Part shown: positions 43,301-51,355 of the stretch, one piece after another
How the letters are laid out: each line of letters starts with the position of its first letter
Position numbering within the stretch: the stretch's first letter is position 1
From: Thermoplasmata archaeon M9B1D
Lineage (GTDB): Archaea > Thermoplasmatota > E2 > DHVEG-1
Direction of reading: 5' to 3'
Length of the DNA stretch: 55,446 bases
Assembly: GCA_002900535.1 (NCBI GenBank)
Contig: MUGC01000005.1
Coordinates: 1 to 55,446, forward strand
Notes under the pieces: model-generated
The model's input: the letters and a program-made list of their open reading frames with translations, nothing else
What the model was told of the DNA's origin: nothing
Databases searched by the model: none
Translations under genes and position numbers: made by a program

Positions 43301-43544
43301 CTTTATCAGCGACATCCAGGGCAGATTGCATACCAGAAATCCCAGCACCAATAATTAGCACATCTGAGTCGATTACCCGTTTTTTCTTTTTAAAAGCCAT
43401 CTGCGTTATACCCTTAACTGTTGTCTCAGGCGAAGGCATTTTGTCTTCTAAAATAGCTAGTTCAGGCTCATCTAAAAAGTAATCATCAGCAAGAGGAATT
43501 CCTTGGTCATGATCTATTTTTTGGTTATATCTTCTTGAGGGCAT
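40329..43544 (-). CDS. hdrA: tandem HdrA-HdrA fusion (two FAD cores with complementary accessory domains)
   Basis: 1071 aa.
- Core 1: [76 protein letters not shown].
- Core 2: [14 protein letters not shown] N-domain, [12 protein letters not shown], no inserted ferredoxin, C-terminal [24 protein letters not shown].
- The start is uncertain, because there is a 20-nt overlap with the upstream gene. Confidence 0.85.
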   Translation of the reverse strand: [1071 protein letters not shown]

Positions 43545-44067
43545 TCTTTCCTGCCTCTACTCCTTTTTGATATGCTTTTTCATTTAGCTCTAAAAATCTT
43601 TTTGGGACACTATCAAGAACGGCTTTTTTTACTGCTTCTTCATCAATTAATCCAAATATTGCCATTGATGCTCCTACCATTACAATATTTGTAACAATTT
43701 TGTTACCAAGTTCTTCTGCGATTTTTTGCGCTTGAACTTTGTACACAGGTCTGCCAATATCATGTTTTGGAACAAGATCGGGGTCTATGACAATCTTTGT
43801 ATCTTTGTTAAGATCATCTCGATATGTGTCAAATGATTCCTGACTCATTGCAACAAGTAAATCTACACCAGTGGGGCGAGGATATCCTATTTTTTCATCA
43901 GAAATAATTACTTCTGATCGTGCTGCGCCTCCTCGTGCTTCAGGACCATATGATTGAGATTGAACAGCATTATAATCCATAAAAACAGCTGCTGCTTTTC
44001 CAATGATAAATCCTGAAAGAATTACACCTTGACCGCCAAAACCACAGATTCGGATTTCTTTTTTCAT
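43525..44067 (-). CDS. korG: 2-oxoacid:ferredoxin oxidoreductase gamma subunit
   Basis: 180 aa, with ICGFGGQGVILSG. The delta-alpha-beta-gamma gene order favours a 2-oxoglutarate-type (Kor) enzyme, but specificity cannot be read from the sequence. Confidence 0.8.
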   Translation of the reverse strand: MKKEIRICGFGGQGVILSGFIIGKAAAVFMDYNAVQSQSYGPEARGGAARSEVIISDEKIGYPRPTGVDLLVAMSQESFDTYRDDLNKDTKIVIDPDLVPKHDIGRPVYKVQAQKIAEELGNKIVTNIVMVGASMAIFGLIDEEAVKKAVLDSVPKRFLELNEKAYQKGVEAGKNALKKI

Positions 44068-44960
44068 TTTTGCACCACCGCCTTTGCCTTAACAGGTGTT
44101 TTTGGTGATCCGCCCATAACTCTGTCGACTAGTTTTTCATATCTTTCAAAAAATCCCGGGTTATTCAAATCCTGGAAAACCCCTATTGGAAACATATCTT
44201 TGACTTCTTCTTTTTCTTTTTCAGTTCCATAATTCATGATTCTTTCATAATCCTCAATAAGAATAGTGTTGTTATCATACCATTCCCAGTGTTTCTTGAT
44301 ATCACCAAGTTTGTTACGTCTTCCAAAAGCTGTTGGGCATGGTGCCAAAAATTCTACTAATGAAAAACCTTTCTTGCTAAGTGCATCCTTAACTGATTTA
44401 ATTGGCTGATAAGGATGAGTAACGGTCCAACGTGCAACATAATTTGCACCAAGAGCTTTTGCAAGATTACAAATATCAAATGGTGGTTCAATGTTTCCAT
44501 AAGGAGCTGTCGTTGCAATACTACCTAATGGTGCAGTAGGTGCAAGCTGACCTCCAGTCATACCATAAATAAAATTATTTATCATAATTACGGTCATGTC
44601 CATATTTCTTCTAGCTGCGTGAATAAAGTGATTTCCACCTATTCCTGCACAGTCTCCGTCTCCTGTAAAAATTATTAGATTTAGATCAGGATTTGCAGCT
44701 TTTATTCCAGTGGCAAATGCTATTGCTCTACCATGGGTTGTATGAAGACCATCCGCGTTTATGTAACCAGGCATTCTAGATGAGCAACCTATCCCTGAGG
44801 CAAAAACTGTTTTATCCATATCCCAGCCTAATTCCTCAAGAGCCCAAAGAGTATACTCTAATACTACTCCATGACCACATCCATTACAGAAAATAGTGGG
44901 CCACATCCCGTCTCTGAGGAATTTTTTATTTAACTGATCTGCGGTTTTTACTTCAACCAT
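44064..44960 (-). CDS. korB: 2-oxoacid:ferredoxin oxidoreductase beta subunit (TPP-binding)
   Basis: 298 aa. Motifs CNGCGHG, GIGCSS and FTGDGDCAGIGGNH are present. Confidence 0.9.
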   Translation of the reverse strand: MVEVKTADQLNKKFLRDGMWPTIFCNGCGHGVVLEYTLWALEELGWDMDKTVFASGIGCSSRMPGYINADGLHTTHGRAIAFATGIKAANPDLNLIIFTGDGDCAGIGGNHFIHAARRNMDMTVIMINNFIYGMTGGQLAPTAPLGSIATTAPYGNIEPPFDICNLAKALGANYVARWTVTHPYQPIKSVKDALSKKGFSLVEFLAPCPTAFGRRNKLGDIKKHWEWYDNNTILIEDYERIMNYGTEKEKEEVKDMFPIGVFQDLNNPGFFERYEKLVDRVMGGSPKTPVKAKAVVQK

Positions 44961-44961
44961 T

Positions 44962-46146
44962 TTATTTCACTCCCAGATATTTTAAAAGTTCAACAGGCAG
45001 ATGCATTTCACCGCCTATTTTTGGAGCAACCTCAACTTCACAGTTTCCGCATGCTGCTTCTCTAACTGGATGATAGATTTGGCCAAGGTTCATCTCTGGA
45101 ACAATTATTTTATCAACCTGCTTTGCAAGTTTGGCTACAATTTTCTCAGGAAAGGGCCAAACAATTTTTAATGTTAGAAGCCCTACTTTTTTACCTTTTG
45201 ACCGTGCTATTTCCATAGCTGTTTCAGCAGGACGAGCACTAGCACCATATGTTACAAAAACCGTATCTGCATCATCAAGATTGAATTTTTCAACTTTCAC
45301 AAGTTTATCAGCATCATCCGTAATTTTTTCAGTGATTCTTTTAACAAGTCTTTCATGATCTTTTTGTTTATCAGTTGCTGGAAAACCTTTCTCATTATGA
45401 GTAAGACCTGTAACATATGTATGATACCCTATACCAAATGTTGGAAAATCAGGAACTTTACTACCTTTTACTGTTTGAGAATTTGTAAATGGTATGTATT
45501 TATTTTTTGAAATTGTTGCCTCAACTCTATTAATAAGTTTTAGATCTTTTTCATCTGGAATAACTATTCTTTCACGTAAATGTCCCATCTCACCATCTGT
45601 CATAACACATACAGGATTACGATATTTCTCAGAAAGATTAAATGCTTCAATTGTAAGATCTAGACATTCCTGTACTGTGCTTGGCGCAAATGCTAATGCT
45701 TCAAGATCGCCATGAGTCCCGTAGCGCGCTTGCATCATATCACCCTGGGCACCTAGTGTTGGTTGTCCAGTGCTGGGACCTGTTCTTTGAACATTTACTA
45801 TTACACAAGGTGTTTCAGTCATGACAGCAAAACCATAATTTTCCATCATAAGTGAAAAACCAGGTCCAGATGTCGCAGTCATGGATTTTGCACCACCCCA
45901 AGCAGCACCAATTACTGCAGCAATACTTCCGATCTCATCTTCCATCTGAATATATGTTCCACCAACACGTGGAAGCATTCTTGCCATTCCTTCAGCAACT
46001 TCTGATGCTGGAGTAATCGGATATCCACCAAAAAATGAAACACCAGCGAGTAGACCTCCATAAACACAGGCCATGTCGCCTAGTAGAAACTGGACTTTAT
46101 TTCCTAATACCTCTCTTATCTTTTTAGGATCACGCTTATATACCAT
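44962..46146 (-). CDS. korA: 2-oxoacid:ferredoxin oxidoreductase alpha subunit
   Basis: 394 aa. Motifs GGYPITPASE and TATSGPGFSLM are present. Confidence 0.9.
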   Translation of the reverse strand: MVYKRDPKKIREVLGNKVQFLLGDMACVYGGLLAGVSFFGGYPITPASEVAEGMARMLPRVGGTYIQMEDEIGSIAAVIGAAWGGAKSMTATSGPGFSLMMENYGFAVMTETPCVIVNVQRTGPSTGQPTLGAQGDMMQARYGTHGDLEALAFAPSTVQECLDLTIEAFNLSEKYRNPVCVMTDGEMGHLRERIVIPDEKDLKLINRVEATISKNKYIPFTNSQTVKGSKVPDFPTFGIGYHTYVTGLTHNEKGFPATDKQKDHERLVKRITEKITDDADKLVKVEKFNLDDADTVFVTYGASARPAETAMEIARSKGKKVGLLTLKIVWPFPEKIVAKLAKQVDKIIVPEMNLGQIYHPVREAACGNCEVEVAPKIGGEMHLPVELLKYLGVK

Positions 46147-46147
46147 A

Positions 46148-46402
46148 TTATTTCCTTCCCCCTACCGGTCTTAAAAGAGTTTTTCTACTTTCTTTCTTTT
46201 TATCATCAGTAAATACAGTTATTGCAAGATCTGGACACAATAACTCGCAGAGTCTGCAATAATTGCATTCATTAACCTTCTTGAGCCTTGGTGGGCGCAC
46301 ACCTCTCTTATTCATTTTATCAGATTCTTCTAGTGCATTCACTGGACAACGCTCTATGCAGATCCTGCAACCTTTGCACCAATCTTCATTTACTTCAATC
46401 AT
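46148..46402 (-). CDS. korD: 2-oxoacid:ferredoxin oxidoreductase delta subunit (2x[4Fe-4S] ferredoxin)
   Basis: 84 aa. Motifs CKGCRICIERCP and CNYCRLCELLCP are present. Confidence 0.8.
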   Translation of the reverse strand: MIEVNEDWCKGCRICIERCPVNALEESDKMNKRGVRPPRLKKVNECNYCRLCELLCPDLAITVFTDDKKKESRKTLLRPVGGRK

Positions 46403-46411
46403 GCTTTTTCC

Positions 46412-48058
46412 TCAGAAAATATCAAGTGATCTAGAAATTGCCATTTCACCGCGGTATTCAGGTAAGATTATTGGTGCGGTTTTCTTTGGTTTTATTCCAG
46501 CGTTATCAAGGATCTTATTATATTTATTCAAGTGTGAAAGGGTTAGTTTCCCGATTTTTGCTTTTTTAACATATTTTGCAGCATAAATACCTGCTCGTCT
46601 ACCAAACACATTGAAATCCAAAAGTGAGTTACCCATCAGTCTATTTTTGCCATGTACCCCTCCAGATACTTCACCAGCAGCAAAAAGTCCAGGTATACGA
46701 GTTTCACATTTTTCATTTATTTCTACACCGCCATTCTGGTAGTGAAGTGTTGGGTAAACAAGAATTGGATGTTTGGTAATGTCTATGTTAAATCTTTTAA
46801 ATTTTCGAACCTCCCCAGAGAGTTTAGTTGCAATGGTTCCTTCACCATGAATTATTTCAATCATTGGTGTATCTAGCCAAACGCCGGGCATTCCAGTTGG
46901 TGTAACTACGCCTCTTCCTTCTTTGCATTCACGAATGAGTGATGCTGATTCAACATCACGAGGTTCAAGTGGAAAAACAAATGGGTCACCATCAGCGTTA
47001 AGCGGAATGGCACCAAGACCTCGAATTTTTTCAGTTGACAATATACCTACTATGGGCTCTGGAAATGCGTCACCCGTTGGGTGAATCTGAATCGTGTCAA
47101 GATCAAGTAAGTTTGCTCCCACATGATATGCCATTACAAGACCATCACCAGTTGCACCATAATGATTTGTTGTTGGATAATTAGATAGATGAAGTCTACC
47201 AGATCCACCAGTTGCAAGAATTGTTGCTTTAGCACGTATTACATAATATTCATATGTTTCAAGGTTAAATGCTACTGCTCCAGCGACTTGTCCTTTATCA
47301 TCCATAATTAGCTCTGCTATAGGGCAAAACTCAAGAACTGGGATTTGAAGATTTCTTGCATTGTCTCGAATGTTTCTCATTATTTCCATACCGGAATAAT
47401 CCTTACAGCTGTGCATACGATTACGGCAGGTTCCACCGCCTGAGAGTTCTTGAAATTCTCCATCATCAAGTCTATCATACATTACACCTAGTTGTTCATG
47501 CCAGTTGATAATAAGAGGAGCATCGAGTGCTAGTGCACGAGCAAGTTCAGGTTTATTTGTGAAATGTCCTCCACCATAAATATCAAGATAATGTAATGCA
47601 GGGTTGTCATTAGGACGATCTGCTGCTTGAATACCACCTTGAGCCATCATGCTGTTTGCATCACCATGGCGAAGTTTTGTAACAATTAAGATTTTCTCGA
47701 TTGGAATCCCTGATTCACGGGCAAAAAGAGCAGCAACTGTTCCTGCTCCACCTCCTCCAATTATTAAAAGATCAACATCGTAATCAATCTTGCTAAGATC
47801 AACATCTTTTGGGTCTAGAACTGGGCGTGATTCAAGTAGATCTACAATTCCATTGTAAAAAATTTGACCTTTGTCAACTCCAACACGGAGTTCACGTCGA
47901 GTTCCCTGCATATAATCTGGATGATACTTACCTAGCATGTCCTCCCTTTCTTTCATGTTCATTGGTTTAATCGGATGCTTCATGTTGTGTTCTCGTTTCT
48001 TTTCTACAAGTTTTATTGATTCCATCATATAATCTGGATAACCATCAATAAGTTTCAA
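46412..48058 (-). CDS. succinate dehydrogenase/fumarate reductase-family flavoprotein (soluble type, ~95-aa N-terminal extension)
   Basis: 548 aa. Motifs IIGGGGAGTVAA, NSMMAQGGIQAA, LATGGSGR, IQIHPTG and GLFAAGEVSGGVHGKNRL are present. Confidence 0.65.
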   Translation of the reverse strand: MKLIDGYPDYMMESIKLVEKKREHNMKHPIKPMNMKEREDMLGKYHPDYMQGTRRELRVGVDKGQIFYNGIVDLLESRPVLDPKDVDLSKIDYDVDLLIIGGGGAGTVAALFARESGIPIEKILIVTKLRHGDANSMMAQGGIQAADRPNDNPALHYLDIYGGGHFTNKPELARALALDAPLIINWHEQLGVMYDRLDDGEFQELSGGGTCRNRMHSCKDYSGMEIMRNIRDNARNLQIPVLEFCPIAELIMDDKGQVAGAVAFNLETYEYYVIRAKATILATGGSGRLHLSNYPTTNHYGATGDGLVMAYHVGANLLDLDTIQIHPTGDAFPEPIVGILSTEKIRGLGAIPLNADGDPFVFPLEPRDVESASLIRECKEGRGVVTPTGMPGVWLDTPMIEIIHGEGTIATKLSGEVRKFKRFNIDITKHPILVYPTLHYQNGGVEINEKCETRIPGLFAAGEVSGGVHGKNRLMGNSLLDFNVFGRRAGIYAAKYVKKAKIGKLTLSHLNKYNKILDNAGIKPKKTAPIILPEYRGEMAISRSLDIF

Positions 48059-48060
48059 AA

Positions 48061-48825
48061 TTAGTCACCTCCAAGGCTTTCGGTTTCATCTGCTTCGATT
48101 TTTCTATTTTTATAAAGCTCCATGATTTCTTTTTTTGTTATTTTTATAAGTTTTTCTATTTCATCATTATATTTTCGGTTATCAATTTCTTTTAGTCTTT
48201 TTGCTAGATTTTTTGACTTCGGATCGATATATTTTCCCCTTAACCTTCTGGCAAGTTGAGCTAAATGATAATGTTTAATATCTGCAGGACAACGCATAGC
48301 ACAAAGACCACATTGAATGCAATCAAACGACAATTCTGCACAACGTGCAATGTCGCCTCTTATCGCCATCTGGATATATTTCATTGTTTCAATATCCTGT
48401 GGACAAGACTTAGTGCAAGTATTACAAGATACACATCGAGCAATCTCAGGATACATTTCTAAGAGAATAGTATCACTTGGCAGTATTTTTTCAATATCAT
48501 ATTCTGTTTTTGAAGCAGGAACAAACGGAAGTTGAACAAGATACATTTTATCTTCAACGACTTTTTGACATGCAAGATCAAAGCCTAGCTTTTGTTCATC
48601 CTCAATTCTATAAACCGTTGAACATGCACCACAAAAACCAGCACGGCATCCACAACCTCTAATAAAACGGTAACCGGCATATTCAAGTGCTTTCATAATT
48701 GTAAGTCCAGCTGGAACTTTGTAACTTTTACCCATTATGAAAACTTCAACTTCACCAGCTTTTGTTTTTTCATCCTTAGATTTTTTCTTCTGCTTTTCAA
48801 TAAGGACCTGTTTACTTTCACCCAT
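48061..48825 (-). CDS. SdhB/FrdB-like Fe-S subunit ([2Fe-2S] plus two Cys clusters), no CCG domain
   Basis: 254 aa. Motifs GCGCRAGFCGACS, CVSCNTCTKSCP and CIQCGLCAMRCP are present. It is the first gene of the long minus-strand array. Confidence 0.65.
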   Translation of the reverse strand: MGESKQVLIEKQKKKSKDEKTKAGEVEVFIMGKSYKVPAGLTIMKALEYAGYRFIRGCGCRAGFCGACSTVYRIEDEQKLGFDLACQKVVEDKMYLVQLPFVPASKTEYDIEKILPSDTILLEMYPEIARCVSCNTCTKSCPQDIETMKYIQMAIRGDIARCAELSFDCIQCGLCAMRCPADIKHYHLAQLARRLRGKYIDPKSKNLAKRLKEIDNRKYNDEIEKLIKITKKEIMELYKNRKIEADETESLGGD

Positions 48826-48870
48826 GTTATTTTCCCCACAAAAAAGATAATATTAATTTCATAAATCTCT

Positions 48871-48878
48871 CTATATAA
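48871..48878 (-). promoter_or_regulatory. candidate archaeal TATA box (TTATATAG on the minus strand) ~46 nt upstream of the 48825 start
   Basis: This is the only strong TATA-like octamer at a sensible distance. The background is AT-rich, so support is weak. Confidence 0.25.
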
Positions 48879-49111
48879 TCATCTGCATATGTATCCGGGT
48901 TGATGGCCTTAAATGCCATATTTATAACCAGAATGGTTCCTCCCACGCAATGCAAATTCTAATATATATTATATAATATAAACTTTTTGTTAAAATTCTC
49001 AAAAATATAATAAAATATCAGTGGATTACTTTTTAGGGCAAAAATAATTGATAAATTGAGCGTTTTATCAAAATATGGATGTTTAGATGTTAATATGATA
49101 AAAAGATTTAT

Positions 49112-50230
49112 ATGCAAATTTTACTTATTCTTATTATTACAATGGGAAGGATAGAATTAACTCCAAAGGAAAAATTAATGTTATACGGTTTAATTAAATA
49201 TCCCAATTTTACAGATAAACAATTATCAAATAAATTAAAATTAAAACATTCTACCGTAACATCAATTAGACAGAGACTTAAAGAAAACGAGTACATTAGA
49301 AAATTAATCATTCCTCATATTCAGAACATGGGATGCCAGATGCTCGTAGCAATTTACACTAACTTTAACCCACTAATCCCCCTAGAAGAAAGAATTGAAA
49401 TAACTGGTAAAACCATAGAAGTATTTGAAGAAATCTTCTTTTCAGTCGGTGAGCAAGATAAAGGTTTTTCATTGAGTCTTTCTCATGATTATGCTACCGT
49501 TGGTAAAATCAATGACATTAGAACTCAGACTTTCGGAAGCCGAGGCCTTTTAGAAGAGGAGTACCCAGGCATGGTTGTTTTTCCATTTGATATAAGTAAG
49601 ATATATCGATTTTTTGATTTTGCTCCATTAATAGGTAATAACTTTAACATAAAAACCGAAGAAGAAAAAAATATTATAGATCTTGCATTTAGACACATAA
49701 AAAATGTTGATTTTTCAGATACAGAGAAAAATGTATTTTGCATGATGGTCAGCTATCCCGAAATGTCAGATAGTGATATAGGTCGGGAAATAGGTGTTTC
49801 TCGTCATACTGTTTCCCGGTTACGTCGTGGTTTTGAAGAAAAAAAACTGATAAAAAGAATTAGTCTTCCAAATCTTCAAAAACTTGGTTATGAAATCCTT
49901 GCCTTTTGTCATATCCGTTTTGATCCGAGAAACCCACCAACTATGGATAATGATGAAGCAACAACACTAATGAGTGATTCAACTGTGTTTTTTGCAAGTC
50001 GTATGTTTGAAGCGGTAATGATTTCTGTATATAGAGATTACGATGGCTATAAATCTGATATGATGAAGGTGATGCAAATCTTAAAAGAGAATCGTTGGAT
50101 TGCACAAGATCCAATTATTAAAACATATGGTTTAAATACGATGATTTTTATAAAAGATTTCAAGTTTGCACCCATCACACATAAAATTGTTGGATGTGAT
50201 TTCTGGGTTAAAAAGCTATTAAATATGTGA
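49112..50230 (+). CDS. putative transcriptional regulator with two Lrp/AsnC-type winged-HTH units (paralog-type of 21650..22684)
   Basis: 372-aa ORF. The likely start is Met11 (49142, MGRIELTPKEK). HTH segments are KQLSNKLKLKHSTVTSIRQRLKENEYI and SDIGREIGVSRHTVSRLRRGFEEKKLI. It is divergent from the large redox array. Confidence 0.55.
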   Translation: MQILLILIITMGRIELTPKEKLMLYGLIKYPNFTDKQLSNKLKLKHSTVTSIRQRLKENEYIRKLIIPHIQNMGCQMLVAIYTNFNPLIPLEERIEITGKTIEVFEEIFFSVGEQDKGFSLSLSHDYATVGKINDIRTQTFGSRGLLEEEYPGMVVFPFDISKIYRFFDFAPLIGNNFNIKTEEEKNIIDLAFRHIKNVDFSDTEKNVFCMMVSYPEMSDSDIGREIGVSRHTVSRLRRGFEEKKLIKRISLPNLQKLGYEILAFCHIRFDPRNPPTMDNDEATTLMSDSTVFFASRMFEAVMISVYRDYDGYKSDMMKVMQILKENRWIAQDPIIKTYGLNTMIFIKDFKFAPITHKIVGCDFWVKKLLNM

Positions 50231-50248
50231 ATTTGTATTCAGTGTGCC

Positions 50249-51355
50249 ATGAAACTTTTTGAATATCGGGGGAAGGAACTTTTTAAAAAATATGGTTTAG
50301 AGGTTCCAAATGGCAAGCTGGTAAGCACTGAAAAAGATTTTTCTGGCCTTAATTTTCCTTTGGTTTTAAAAGCTCAGGTTCCAATTGGTGGACGTGGCAA
50401 AGCAGGTGGTATAAAATCTACTGAAAATAAAAAGGATGCAATATCAAAACTTAGCCAGATTATCGGCATGGATATCCGTGGATACAAAGTTGGAAAGGTT
50501 CTTGCTGAAGAAAAAGCAGATATAAAAAATGAGCTATACCTTAGTATTTCTCTTGACAGAACAAAGAAAATGCCTTTGATTATGGCTAGCGCCTCGGGCG
50601 GCATGGATATTGAAAGTGTTCCTGATGAAAAAATTATTAAAGAATGGATCAACCCACTAATTGGCATTCAACCTTTTAATATTCGAAACGTTGTCTCAAA
50701 GCTAAAATTAGGAAAAGAAGAAAGTAAAGAGACATCAAAAACTCTTACTAAAATTTACAAATTATTTCGTGATTATGATTGCGAACTTGTAGAAATTAAT
50801 CCATTGATAATAACTAGCAATGGTGGCGTGATGGCTCTTGATTCTAAAGTAATTATAAATGACGATGCTATGTATCGCCATACAGATATTATTCCTGAAC
50901 ATGTTGAGCTAACACCTCTTGAAAAAGATGCAAAGGAAAAAGGTATTACATTCATCCAGCTTGATGGAGATATTGGTGTTATTGCAAATGGTGCTGGGCT
51001 TACCATGGCAACTCTCGACGCACTTACTTATTATAAAGGTCAAGGTGGAGTATTCTTAGACCTAGGTGGTACAGATGATCCTGAAAAAGTAAAACAAGCT
51101 TTTGAGCTTATGAAAAAAGCAAAACCTAGAGTTATATTTTTAAATCTTTTTGGTGGAATTACTAAATGTGATACAGTTGCAACAGGTGTAAAAGCAGTGA
51201 TTACAAAAGAAGGAATTAATTGCCCAGTTATTACTCGAATTAAAGGTATGAATGAAGAAGCTGCTAAAGAGATTTTAAAAGATGCTGGTCTTATAACTGC
51301 TACAACCTTACAGGATGCGGCTCAACGAAGTAGTGAACTTGTAGGAGGAAAATAA
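50249..51355 (+). CDS. sucC: succinyl-CoA synthetase beta subunit (ATP-grasp)
   Basis: 368 aa. Motifs MKLFEYRGKELFKKYGL.VP.G, VLKAQV..GGRGKAGG and GVIANGAGLTMAT are present. Confidence 0.85.
   Translation: MKLFEYRGKELFKKYGLEVPNGKLVSTEKDFSGLNFPLVLKAQVPIGGRGKAGGIKSTENKKDAISKLSQIIGMDIRGYKVGKVLAEEKADIKNELYLSISLDRTKKMPLIMASASGGMDIESVPDEKIIKEWINPLIGIQPFNIRNVVSKLKLGKEESKETSKTLTKIYKLFRDYDCELVEINPLIITSNGGVMALDSKVIINDDAMYRHTDIIPEHVELTPLEKDAKEKGITFIQLDGDIGVIANGAGLTMATLDALTYYKGQGGVFLDLGGTDDPEKVKQAFELMKKAKPRVIFLNLFGGITKCDTVATGVKAVITKEGINCPVITRIKGMNEEAAKEILKDAGLITATTLQDAAQRSSELVGGK

Noticed and set aside
43525-43544. The 20-nt overlap between korG and the 1071-aa hdrA as a possible fusion or frameshift.
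   Set aside because: The frames differ and both proteins are complete. The overlap most likely reflects an over-extended hdrA start: downstream Met codons exist at residues 36 and 49, before the FAD fold.
43525-46402. Assigning 2-oxoglutarate specificity to the four-subunit oxidoreductase.
   Set aside because: The delta-alpha-beta-gamma order and the neighbouring frd-like and sucCD genes are suggestive. However, substrate specificity (pyruvate, 2-oxoisovalerate, 2-oxoglutarate or indolepyruvate) cannot be read from motifs by eye. The kor symbols are therefore provisional.
46412-48825. Calling the flavoprotein/Fe-S pair thiol:fumarate reductase (TfrAB) or a membrane SdhAB.
   Set aside because: The Fe-S subunit has no CCG domain (unlike TfrB), and no membrane anchor genes are adjacent. 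The long N-terminal extension of the flavoprotein is not something I can place. Only a family-level call is justified.
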